A stretch of DNA of 64,000 bases, taken from positions 1,386 to 65,385 of the forward strand of contig DIRT01000018.1 in assembly GCA_002427605.1 (NCBI GenBank), read 5' to 3'. The position numbers were made by a program, and so were the translations under genes. Below are positions 50,193-59,396 of this stretch, one piece after another; the first letter of the stretch is position 1, and each line of letters opens with the position of its first letter. Origin of the DNA: Bacteroidales bacterium UBA5429. GTDB taxonomy: Bacteria > Bacteroidota > Bacteroidia > Bacteroidales > WCHB1-69. The notes beneath the pieces are model-generated. The model did no database searches, was not told where the DNA came from, and saw nothing but the letters and a program-made list of their open reading frames with translations.

Positions 50193-50321
50193 GGTTAGAG
50201 GTCATTGTAAAGCAATAACTTTTTGAGCAAAGCGAAGAAAACTTATAGAAACTATTCAATACGATACCGCTATCATTTATCTTTTTTTGTAAGTTTGTGA
50301 TTTATTTATTCAGAGAATTTT

Positions 50322-51140
50322 ATGGCAAAAGGGAGAATACTACAAGTAAAAGAATCCGAAATAACGGTTATTAGTCAGCAGAATACCGATTATATCAGTC
50401 TTACGGATATGACCGTTAATTTTCGAGAAGGTAGCGGACTGATAGGCAAATGGATAACCAACAAAAACACGATAGAATATCTCGGCGTTTGGGAGAGAGT
50501 AAATAATCCCGATTTTAATTACCCCGAATTCGGGGTAATTGGACAGGAAGCGGGTACGAACAGATTTATGATGTCAGTTGGTCAATGGATTGAAAGGACG
50601 AAAGCCGTTGGAATGCTCGTAAAAGCCGGGAGATACGGTGGAACTTATGCACATAAAGATATCGCATTTCACTTTGCAATGTGGTTGAGTCCCGAATTTC
50701 AAATCTACTTGGTTAATGAGTTTCAACGTCTTAAAGACGAAGAGAATAACCGTTTGAAATTAGAGTGGAATTTGCAACGGACTCTTGCTAAAATAAACTA
50801 CCAAATTCACACCGACGCAATCAAGGAAAACCTTATTCCACAAGAAATCACAAAACAGCAAGCTAATATTGTTTATGCCAACGAAGCCGATTTGCTAAAT
50901 GTTGCTCTTTTTGGAATTACAGCGAAAGAATGGCGAGATAGCAACCCCGATAAGGCGGGAAACATAAGAGATTATGCCACTTTAGAACAGCTTGTTGTGT
51001 AGAGCAATATGGAGAGCGTAAATGCATTGTTAATTCAACAAGGTTTATCACAAAGTGAAAGACTTCTACAACTCAATAAAGTAGCTATTACACAAATGAA
51101 ATCGCTACTTGCAAGCAGCACAATGAAAAAGCTGAAATAG
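50322..51140 (+). pseudogene. KilA-N domain protein interrupted by an in-frame TAG at 51000-51002
   Basis: DYISLTDM, GRYGGTYAH; past the TAG the frame continues as SNMESVNALLIQQGLSQSERLLQLNKVAITQMKSLL, the expected family C-terminus, to a TAG at 51140. Confidence 0.8.
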
Positions 51141-51183
51141 GAAAACAACGAACTGCTATAAGTCAAGTCATATTCCTTTGTGA

Positions 51184-51816
51184 CTAAGGAATATTCATAA
51201 ATTTATGGCTTTGGAGTGATATTCTCCATTGAGGATGATCCAGAGCGTACTGTACAATATGAGGTAACATTTTGGGAGAATTACTCCATTCCGGCTGTAG
51301 AAACCGGAGAGTATGACTCCCAATTTTTTTTGCATTCTCTTCAGCCCATTTAAAGTCGTCATGATCATAAATAATCACTTTCAGTTCATTGGCTATCTGA
51401 AAATAGATATCCAATGGCGGGTGATTTCTCTTAGGCGACAAGCAGATCCAATCCCACTCGCCACTGAGCGGTTCCGATCCGGAGGTTTCCAAAAAGAGCT
51501 CAATATTGTGTTTGTGGAGTTCCCGGCAAAGATAGCTGAGGTCATACAGCATCGGTTCGCCGCCGGTAATCACTACCGCTTTGGCAGGATTTTCGAGAAT
51601 TCTTGCAATCGCCTCATCTGTACTGACTAAACTATGTTTGGACGCATCCCACGACTCTTTCACATCGCAAAAGAAACAACCCACATCACAGCCGCCAATG
51701 CGTAAAAAGTAAGCAGGCTTGCCCGTGTGGAAGCCCTCACCTTGTAGGGAATAAAACTCTTCCATAATTGGTAATAGGTAGGGAGAAGGGGTCTGATTCG
51801 AGTTAAAATGGGCCAT
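51184..51816 (-). CDS. queE: 7-carboxy-7-deazaguanine synthase (radical SAM)
   Basis: FYSLQGEG, GCDVGCFFCD, TGGEP, ETSG, LSPK, SLQSHK. Confidence 0.92.
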   Translation of the reverse strand: MAHFNSNQTPSPYLLPIMEEFYSLQGEGFHTGKPAYFLRIGGCDVGCFFCDVKESWDASKHSLVSTDEAIARILENPAKAVVITGGEPMLYDLSYLCRELHKHNIELFLETSGSEPLSGEWDWICLSPKRNHPPLDIYFQIANELKVIIYDHDDFKWAEENAKKIGSHTLRFLQPEWSNSPKMLPHIVQYALDHPQWRISLQSHKFMNIP

Positions 51817-51883
51817 GCTATTCGGTTCGTTTAAAATTTTTACAAAAATAAGAAAAAGGATCGGAATAGTGAAAAAAAAGATG

Positions 51884-51891
51884 TATCTTTG
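51884..51891 (+). promoter_or_regulatory. -7 element of dnaX
   Basis: TATCTTTG, 33 nt before the ATG at 51924. Confidence 0.6.
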
Positions 51892-51923
51892 CAAGTTATG
51901 TTGTGATCAGAATCTTAAAAAGT

Positions 51924-53057
51924 ATGGATAACTTTATTGTATCAGCTCGAAAATATCGTCCTAACACATTCAACACGGTGGTTGGACAAGATTCCATCGT
52001 TGCCACCTTAAAAAATGCAATTAAAACCAATCAGGTTGCTCAGGCATTTTTATTTTGCGGTCCTCGTGGAGTAGGAAAAACCACCTGTGCCAGAATCCTG
52101 GCTAAAGCGCTCAACTGCACTAACTTAACTACAGAACATGAGCCTTGTAATGAGTGTCCCTCTTGTCAATCTTTCAACCAATCTGCCTCTTTCAACGTCT
52201 ATGAATTGGACGCTGCTTCCAACAACTCTGTGGAGGATATCCGTTCGTTGGTAGAGCAGGTGAGGATCAGTCCGCAGGGGGCTAAATATAAGGTTTATAT
52301 TATCGATGAGGTGCACATGCTTTCCAATCAGGCGTTCAATGCCTTTTTGAAAACATTGGAAGAACCGCCATCTTATGCGAAATTCATTCTGGCTACAACC
52401 GAGAAACACAAGATTATTCCTACCATCCTTTCGCGTTGCCAAGTGTATGATTTTAAGCGAATTACAGATAATGATATTGCCAAACATCTTGAATATGTGG
52501 CTAAGCAGGAGGGAGTAACCATTGAGCAGGAGGCGTTGCGTGTCATTGCTTCCAAGGCGGATGGTGCTTTGAGGGATGCCCTTTCCATTTTTGACCAGTT
52601 GGTGAGCTCTTCAGGCAATCAGATCAGCTATAAAACAACGATTCACCATCTCAATGTGCTGGATGTGGATCATTACTTTAAAATGACGGAACATCTTTTC
52701 AGTGAGGATGTTACGACTGCATTGTTGCTTTTTGATGAGATATTGGCGCAAGGTTTTGATGGTCAGCATTTTATTGCGGGGTTGGCGACTCATTTCCGCA
52801 ATTTGTTGTTGGCACAAACTCCGGGAACAGTGAAATTGATGGAGAGTTCAGATGCCGTAAAGCAGAAATATATCCAACAAGTACAAGGAATTGACAGGAT
52901 GTTGCTGGTTCGGGCGATGGAGTTGGCGAATCAGTGCGATTTCAACTATAAAATGTCAAATAACAAGCGTTTATCCGTTGAAATTTGCTTATTGCAGATC
53001 AATGGCAACTACGTGTATAAGCTAAAAAGCAGCGTCAGGCAATCACGGGAGGGATAA
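51924..53057 (+). CDS. dnaX: DNA polymerase III subunit gamma/tau, domains I-III
   Basis: ARKYRP, GPRGVGKT, CNECPSC, IIDEVHML, ILSRCQ; ends just after NKRLSVEICLLQ. Confidence 0.95.
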   Translation: MDNFIVSARKYRPNTFNTVVGQDSIVATLKNAIKTNQVAQAFLFCGPRGVGKTTCARILAKALNCTNLTTEHEPCNECPSCQSFNQSASFNVYELDAASNNSVEDIRSLVEQVRISPQGAKYKVYIIDEVHMLSNQAFNAFLKTLEEPPSYAKFILATTEKHKIIPTILSRCQVYDFKRITDNDIAKHLEYVAKQEGVTIEQEALRVIASKADGALRDALSIFDQLVSSSGNQISYKTTIHHLNVLDVDHYFKMTEHLFSEDVTTALLLFDEILAQGFDGQHFIAGLATHFRNLLLAQTPGTVKLMESSDAVKQKYIQQVQGIDRMLLVRAMELANQCDFNYKMSNNKRLSVEICLLQINGNYVYKLKSSVRQSREG

Positions 53058-53085
53058 TATAGAAAAACAACCCACTCCGGGGGCG

Positions 53086-53724
53086 ATGACCGCTCAGACT
53101 GTGACTGCTGTGCCTCAGCAATCGACCCGTTCTTTTGTGGCACCGACAGGTGTTCCGATTAAAAAGACAGTTCCTATTTCCGATCTTTTGGAAAAAGAAA
53201 TAAAGGGGGGAAGCGAAACTATCGCTCCACCCGTGGAAACAGCAAAAGAAGAACAAGCTGTCTCACTCGCTACTGCCGAGCCACAGATAACCGAGGGGGG
53301 TGACTCAGATACCGAAGAGAAAGAAATATGCTGCCCCCCAAATATTGAAGATCCAAAAGAAGAAAAAAAAAACTTAACCTTTGCAGAGCATTGGAAGATC
53401 ATTTTTGCACAAGTTTTCGAAAAAATACCCCTTATTTTACACCCTTTGGATGGGTATATTCCTGAAATTAAGGATAATATAATTACCGTAAAATTAAAAA
53501 ACGATTTTCAGAAAGATTATTTTGGGCCGGAAATCAGGCATCTGCTGAGTTATTTGAGAAACCAATATGATGACCGGATTGAGGATATCCAATTGGTGGT
53601 GGATGAGTCGGTAGAAACGAAAAAAATCATTTATGATTTGGTTGACAAAATGGATGATTTGAAAAAGGAAAACCCTGAGTTTGAGAACTTTATATCTATT
53701 TTGAAATTGCACGCTAACGATTAA
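53086..53724 (+). CDS. Probable DnaX (tau) linker and C-terminal region, in the +1 frame
   Basis: P/E/T-rich linker, then a folded domain ending K..DL..ENP...L.L as in Bacteroidota DnaX; frame open from 53026. Confidence 0.65.
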   Translation: MTAQTVTAVPQQSTRSFVAPTGVPIKKTVPISDLLEKEIKGGSETIAPPVETAKEEQAVSLATAEPQITEGGDSDTEEKEICCPPNIEDPKEEKKNLTFAEHWKIIFAQVFEKIPLILHPLDGYIPEIKDNIITVKLKNDFQKDYFGPEIRHLLSYLRNQYDDRIEDIQLVVDESVETKKIIYDLVDKMDDLKKENPEFENFISILKLHAND

Positions 53725-53728
53725 AACG

Positions 53729-55627
53729 ATGAAAAAATTAGGATTAATTCTATGCTTATTCTGCTTATTGTCAGGACTTAATGCGCAAGTATTTGAAATT
53801 CAAGGGAAAGAATTGCATCGCGCAATTCCGGATGCTACAGTGGATAGTGTTTGGAGTGGGATCGGGTTGCCCTGGGGAATGACCGGAAAAGATATCATCA
53901 TCGGCTTTACTGACTGGGGATTTGACTACACGCATCCTGTTTTTTATGATACCTCCATGACTCGTTACCGGGTGTTGAGAGCCTGGGATCAGTTCAAAAA
54001 AGAGGGTCCTACGCCTGCCGGGTTTGATTATGGGCGGGAATATGTTGGCGAAGCTCAGTTGCTGGCTGCTCAGTGTGATACTTTTAATGTGTATCAATAT
54101 GCTTATCATGGTACGCATGTAGCTTCTATTGCAGCCGGAGCAGGAGCCGGAACGATTTACAGGGGAGTGGCTTACGAAGCGGATCTGCTGTTTGCTACTT
54201 TTTTGGTGGATGAACAGGCAGTGGTGGATGCGTTTCAGTGGATGTACAATGTAGCTCAACAGGAGGGAAAACGATTGGTGATCAATATGAGTTGGGGATT
54301 ATATTATATTGACAATTATACCGGAACCGGGAAAATCGGTCAAAAAATGGAGGAGTTGTCGCAATTGGGCGTTGTGTTTGTGACCAGTGCGGGGAATAAT
54401 GGGGATGTGAACTTCCATATCGATCAGGATTTTGATAGTGACAATGGGATTGATACTTTGCGGACTATTGTTCATTTTGCGGGAGGTTCTTCCTACCAAT
54501 ATGGACAATCGATTACGATGACCAATTCACCTAATACCACTTTTTCTTTTGCATTGCAATTGTTAACCAATACCTATCAACCTCTGATCATGACTCCTTT
54601 TTATAATACCGCAGATAGTTCAGGCTATTTTGAGTCCTATATGGTGTATGAAACGGATACGATTCATTACACGGTGGAGATTGATCAGGAGGATTTGAAT
54701 AATCATCGTCCCGAGGTTAGAGTGAGAGTTAAGAAACCGCAATCTATTTACAGAATCGGACTTCATGTAACAGCACCATCGGGTTATTTTCATGCCTGGA
54801 ATGTGATAGAACTGACTAATGATGTAGGTAATTGGGGTGGCTCATTTGTAGGACCATCTTCATTACCGGGGTGGAAATCAGGGAATCCTCACTTCGGATT
54901 GGGAGCACCGGCCAATGTTGAGTGTGCTATTGCAGTGGCAGCACATAAGTCGAAAGTAGTGACACCAAACTATATTATCGGGGGTGAGATTGCTTCTTTT
55001 TCCAGCTATGGACCTACTATTGATTATCAAACCAAGCCGGAGATTTCAGCTCCCGGAAATAATATTGTGGCAGCATTGTCCAGTTATACTAACACTTATA
55101 CCGGGTCTTATGTAAGAAAAATAGAGTTTCAGGGTAGAGAGTATCAATTTGTGTCGCTATCCGGAACCTCTATGGCTTCCCCATTAGCGGCCGGAGTAGT
55201 GGCGTTGATGTTGGAAGCTAACCGTTGGCTTACTCCAGAGCAAGTGAAAGAGGTGTTGACTGAGACAGCGCGTAACGATGAATTTACTGCTGAAAGCGGT
55301 GTGGAGCGTTTTGGTTATGGAAAAGTAGATGCCTATCATGCAGTTTTAGCAGCTGTGGATTTGGTGGGAGTACAGGAAAATGAAATTCAACAATTCAGCA
55401 GTTATTTGTTCCCAAATCCTTCAGATGGCACACTTTTTGTTGGTATAGAGTCAGAGGAATCAGGTGCATTGATGGAAGTTTTTAGCCTGGAAGGAAAAAG
55501 AGTTTTTGTTCAATCTTTGGTTTCTGGATTGCAACAGTTGAATCTGACAGAACTTCCTGCAGGATGCTATTTAATAAAACTCACTGCACAAAATAGACAT
55601 GAAATCCATAAATGGATTAAATTTTAA
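53729..55627 (+). CDS. S8 subtilisin-like serine protease with T9SS C-terminal domain
   Basis: DWGFD, HGTHVA, SAGN, SGTSMASP; LFPNPS...GCYLIK. Confidence 0.92.
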   Translation: MKKLGLILCLFCLLSGLNAQVFEIQGKELHRAIPDATVDSVWSGIGLPWGMTGKDIIIGFTDWGFDYTHPVFYDTSMTRYRVLRAWDQFKKEGPTPAGFDYGREYVGEAQLLAAQCDTFNVYQYAYHGTHVASIAAGAGAGTIYRGVAYEADLLFATFLVDEQAVVDAFQWMYNVAQQEGKRLVINMSWGLYYIDNYTGTGKIGQKMEELSQLGVVFVTSAGNNGDVNFHIDQDFDSDNGIDTLRTIVHFAGGSSYQYGQSITMTNSPNTTFSFALQLLTNTYQPLIMTPFYNTADSSGYFESYMVYETDTIHYTVEIDQEDLNNHRPEVRVRVKKPQSIYRIGLHVTAPSGYFHAWNVIELTNDVGNWGGSFVGPSSLPGWKSGNPHFGLGAPANVECAIAVAAHKSKVVTPNYIIGGEIASFSSYGPTIDYQTKPEISAPGNNIVAALSSYTNTYTGSYVRKIEFQGREYQFVSLSGTSMASPLAAGVVALMLEANRWLTPEQVKEVLTETARNDEFTAESGVERFGYGKVDAYHAVLAAVDLVGVQENEIQQFSSYLFPNPSDGTLFVGIESEESGALMEVFSLEGKRVFVQSLVSGLQQLNLTELPAGCYLIKLTAQNRHEIHKWIKF

Positions 55628-55658
55628 TTAAAAATTAATTAAATTCGGACAAAAAGAT

Positions 55659-57899
55659 ATGATGAATACTTATATTCCTAATGAACGATTAGAGAAGGTT
55701 ACTATCTTAAAGAAGTACAGAGTGTTGAGGAGTTCTTTGAAAGATACAACGTCTGAAGAGAGTAAAAAGTTGTTTCGCAAAGCTTTTAGCCTGGCTGTTG
55801 ATGCGCATAAGGATATGAGGAGAAAGAGTGGAGAACCATACGTATATCATCCTATTGCTGTTGCAGAGATTGTTGCTAAAGAGATCAAATTGGGGACCAC
55901 CTCCATGATTGCTGCTTTATTGCATGATGTGGTTGAAGACACAGATTATACGATCGAAGATATTCGCGATATGTTTGGTGAAGAGGTAGCCAATATCGTG
56001 TATGGTTTGACCAAGATTGATGATATTGTGATGGATGAAAATCAATCCATACAAGCTGAAAATTTCAGAAAAATCTTGCTTTACACTGTGGACGATATTC
56101 GTGTTATTTTGATTAAGTTGGCTGACCGACTACACAACATGAGAACACTCAGTTCCATGATTCCGGAGAAGCAGTGGAAGATCTCTTCTGAAACACAATA
56201 TTTCTTTGTTCCGATAGCACACCGCCTGGGGTTATATTCCATTAAGAGTGAGTTGGAAGATTTGGCGATGAAATATAATGACCCGATTACTTATGCTAAT
56301 ATTTCTCATCGATTAAAATCAAGCTATAGTTTACGTCAAAACTTAATTGAGGATTTTACAAAACCGATTATTGAAAAACTCGAACAAGCCGGGATTGAGG
56401 CGGAGATGACCAGTCGTGAAAAGTCGATTTATTCCATCTATCAGAAAATGAAACGCAAAAATATCGATTTTGATGATATTTACGACATTTTTGCAGTTCG
56501 GTTTGTATTTGACTCTCCTCCGGAACTGGAAAAAGATATTTGCTGGAGGATCCATACGATTATTACCAGTTTATATAAGACTAATGAAAGTCGTGAAAGA
56601 AACTATTTGACTAATCCTAAAGCAAACGGCTACCAATCGCTGCACGTTACTGCGATGAGTAATGCCGGTAAGTGGATTGAGGTACAGATTCGTTCCAAGA
56701 GAATGGATGAGATTGCTGAGAGAGGGTTTGCTGCGCATTATAGATATAAAGAGGAGAATAGAACACCTGTCGAGTACGAAAACAGAGTAGAGGATTGGTT
56801 GGAAAGAGTGCGGGAAATGCTTAAAAGTGAGGATACCAATGCGCTTGAGTTCTTGAATGAAGTCAAGATGAATCTGGACTTGAAAGAGGTCGTGATTTTT
56901 ACCCCCAAGGGAGACAGAAAACTGCTTCCCAAAGGAGGTACGGTTCTTGACTTTGCATATACACTCCATACCACTATCGGAGATCAATGTATTGGCGCCA
57001 AGGTGAATTATAATATAGTATCCATTGAGCATGTATTGCAAAGCGGAGATCAGGTAGAGGTAATTACCTCCAAGAAGCAGTTTCCTAAAACAGAATGGCT
57101 TTCGATTGTCAAAACGGCACATGCGCGTGAGAATATCAAAGATGCGATCAGATCAGAACAAAAAAAGCAGGTTAGTGCCGGGAAAGAGCAACTCAGACAG
57201 ATTTTTTCCGAGTTGGATATCCCGTACAGTAAGGATAATATCGGAAGGATTCAGGCGGACACACGAATCGCTTCTGTTGCTGAGTTTTGGAGCCATATCG
57301 CTCAAGGAGTGATCTCTTTCGATAGAATTAAAAGTATTTTTAAGGGCAAAGGGGAATATAGGGATGTCCAAAAAAAGATTGCAGAAGGGTTGAAAGAGAA
57401 ATCGTTGGATAAATTGATATATGAACAATTGGAAGAGAAGCCTGAAGTGTTCTTTTTGGACGAAACATCGGATAGTATCAGGCATATTATTGCCGGTTGT
57501 TGTAGTCCGCTTCCGGGTGATCAAATAGTTGGTTTTCAGATATCTAACGAGCTGATCGAAGTGCATATGACAAACTGTCCCAAGGCGATTGAACAGATGT
57601 CTAAATTTGGGAACAGGATTATTAAAGCGAAGTGGTATAATGATCAGGATATTGGATTCCTTTCCGGGTTAAGTCTGACCGGTTTTGACCGTAAGGGGAT
57701 TATTAAAGAGATTGTAGATATTGTTACCCAGCAGTTGGATTTGAATATCAGAACGATCGAAATGTCTTCCAAAAATGACATATTCACAGGCAAGCTGATT
57801 TTATACATCAAAAATGTTAAGGCGCTGAATGAATTAATTGAAAAATTATTAACGATTGAGCAAATAGAGCAAATCGAACGTATTGCGCCCGGAGTTTAA
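55659..57899 (+). CDS. spoT: Long RSH (p)ppGpp synthetase/hydrolase
   Basis: ALLHDVVED (HD domain), KLADRLHN, YQSLH, EVQIR, FTPKG (TGS), C-terminal ACT domain. Confidence 0.93.
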   Translation: MMNTYIPNERLEKVTILKKYRVLRSSLKDTTSEESKKLFRKAFSLAVDAHKDMRRKSGEPYVYHPIAVAEIVAKEIKLGTTSMIAALLHDVVEDTDYTIEDIRDMFGEEVANIVYGLTKIDDIVMDENQSIQAENFRKILLYTVDDIRVILIKLADRLHNMRTLSSMIPEKQWKISSETQYFFVPIAHRLGLYSIKSELEDLAMKYNDPITYANISHRLKSSYSLRQNLIEDFTKPIIEKLEQAGIEAEMTSREKSIYSIYQKMKRKNIDFDDIYDIFAVRFVFDSPPELEKDICWRIHTIITSLYKTNESRERNYLTNPKANGYQSLHVTAMSNAGKWIEVQIRSKRMDEIAERGFAAHYRYKEENRTPVEYENRVEDWLERVREMLKSEDTNALEFLNEVKMNLDLKEVVIFTPKGDRKLLPKGGTVLDFAYTLHTTIGDQCIGAKVNYNIVSIEHVLQSGDQVEVITSKKQFPKTEWLSIVKTAHARENIKDAIRSEQKKQVSAGKEQLRQIFSELDIPYSKDNIGRIQADTRIASVAEFWSHIAQGVISFDRIKSIFKGKGEYRDVQKKIAEGLKEKSLDKLIYEQLEEKPEVFFLDETSDSIRHIIAGCCSPLPGDQIVGFQISNELIEVHMTNCPKAIEQMSKFGNRIIKAKWYNDQDIGFLSGLSLTGFDRKGIIKEIVDIVTQQLDLNIRTIEMSSKNDIFTGKLILYIKNVKALNELIEKLLTIEQIEQIERIAPGV

Positions 57900-57907
57900 G
57901 GTTGTTC

Positions 57908-57936
57908 TTTTTTTGAAAAAAATAAAAAAGGGGGGA
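57908..57936 (+). repeat. Partial (left-arm) copy G of the dispersed element
   Basis: TTTTTTTGAAAAAAATAAAAAAGGGGGGA directly after the RSH stop; low complexity. Confidence 0.35.
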
Positions 57937-58083
57937 AGGAAATTCAAAACTGTTAATGTTTGTTAAATTTTAATAACCTCATTATCAGTATTCTATCAAG
58001 TAAGTGATTAATATTTTAAAATATATTAACAAATTGTCAAAAAAAAGTAGTACTTTTGCAACTCAATTAAAAATGAAATAACT

Positions 58084-58317
58084 ATGTCAGAAATTATTGA
58101 AAGAGTACAAGGAATTATTGCTGAGAAATTAAGTGTTAATCCTGCTGATGTAACTCCAGAGAAAAGTTTTACTAACGATTTAGGAGCTGACTCATTGGAT
58201 ACAGTTGAGCTCATTATGGAATTTGAAAAAGAATTTGGAATTTCTATTCCGGATGACGAAGCTGAAAAGATTGCAACAGTTGGGGACGCAATTTCCTACA
58301 TTGAAAAAAACGTTTAA
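58084..58317 (+). CDS. acpP: Acyl carrier protein
   Basis: [11 protein letters not shown] phosphopantetheine motif. Confidence 0.97.
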   Translation: MSEIIERVQGIIAEKLSVNPADVTPEKSFTNDLGADSLDTVELIMEFEKEFGISIPDDEAEKIATVGDAISYIEKNV

Positions 58318-58371
58318 TAAACGAAATTTCAATCTGATTGCTTTTTAGAAGCATAAAGTGCTTTTGCACTT

Positions 58372-58420
58372 AGAACTTGATTCGTTTTCTATTACAGAGG
58401 ACGGATCAAGTTCTTTTTTT
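58372..58420 (+). terminator. Long-stem intrinsic terminator after acpP
   Basis: AGAACTTGATTCGT pairs with ACGGATCAAGTTCT (14 bp, one G:U), followed by a T run. Confidence 0.75.
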
Positions 58421-58532
58421 AATTGAAAGTTGAAAATGGAGAATGAATCAAATAATGCAATCATTACCTATTTAAGCAATAATTGAAAAAATTGCTTATT
58501 TAAGTAATAAAGTTAATTATTGTCTACATTGT

Positions 58533-58616
58533 TTATAAATAAAAATATTAGTCATTTGACTTATAAATAAAAATATTAGCCATTTGTCTTATAATTAAAA
58601 ATATTAGCTATTTTGA
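58533..58616. repeat. Three 28-bp direct tandem repeats upstream of the AbiE pair
   Basis: TTATAAATAAAAATATTAG(T/C)CATTTG.C units at 58533, 58561 and 58589. Confidence 0.85.
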
Positions 58617-58769
58617 GAAATGTTTTATATATTTGCATTTCAATTTATTAAATAAAAGTATAGCTGTGTACAAATTAATTTTACTTGTACCAAAAAAAAT
58701 CCATGAAAACTTAATAAATGAAGTTTTTAATTCTATTTTTATGTAATTTTGCAAAAAAATAGAAGTGAA

Positions 58770-59396
58770 ATGAATTTTTGGCAATTTAGAAACCAATTTT
58801 ACGATTTAGTCTGTTTTAATATTAATCAGGTTTATGCATGGGAACCCAATTTTGAGAAAACCAATCTCACTCGTTGGATAAAGCAGAATTTGATAGTAAA
58901 ATTGCGAAATTCCTGGTATAGTTTTCCCGAATATCTGAAAACTCCTAATATTCAATGCTTTATATCTAACAAGATATATGCTCCATCCTACATTAGTTTA
59001 CATTCTGCATTGGCATTTTATAATATTATTCCGGAGGCAATAGTACAGACAACAGCGGTTAGCTCGTTAAAGAAAACGAATTTTGAGAATAGATTCGGAT
59101 TCTTTTCATATCAGCAAATTTTACCTGAATTAATGTTTGGGACTGAACAAAAGAAGTTTTTAAAGAAACATACTTTAGTTTTTGCTATTCCTGAAAAAGC
59201 AATTTTAGACTTGTTCTATCTTTATCCACAATATAATAATGAACAAGAAATTAGAGAACTACGATTTGATGAAGTGTTTATTCAGGAAGAGTTGAATTTA
59301 GAGTTGATGGGTCAATTTACAGAAAGGATGCAATCAAAGGTAGTTCGGAATAGAGTAAATTTACTTTTAAAAAGTTATAATTTATGTTTAATATAG
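58770..59396 (+). CDS. Type IV TA antitoxin, AbiEi-like
   Basis: wHTH-like N-terminus, PSYISLHSAL..Y.IIPE, PEKAILD; overlaps the toxin start. Confidence 0.8.
   Translation: MNFWQFRNQFYDLVCFNINQVYAWEPNFEKTNLTRWIKQNLIVKLRNSWYSFPEYLKTPNIQCFISNKIYAPSYISLHSALAFYNIIPEAIVQTTAVSSLKKTNFENRFGFFSYQQILPELMFGTEQKKFLKKHTLVFAIPEKAILDLFYLYPQYNNEQEIRELRFDEVFIQEELNLELMGQFTERMQSKVVRNRVNLLLKSYNLCLI

Noticed and set aside
51000-51002. TAG recoding (genetic code 15 or pyrrolysine) in KilA-N
   Set aside because: TAG is the normal stop for several genes here (2284, 8153, 21363, 40177) and the expected residue is Leu; a point mutation or error is simpler
53071-53083. CCCACTCC-GGGGG near the dnaX junction as another element copy
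   Set aside because: Only 7 nt shared, with no G-run arm in the right order; likely chance
58533-58616. 28-bp repeats as a mini CRISPR array
   Set aside because: Units are head-to-tail with no spacers, and no cas genes are present
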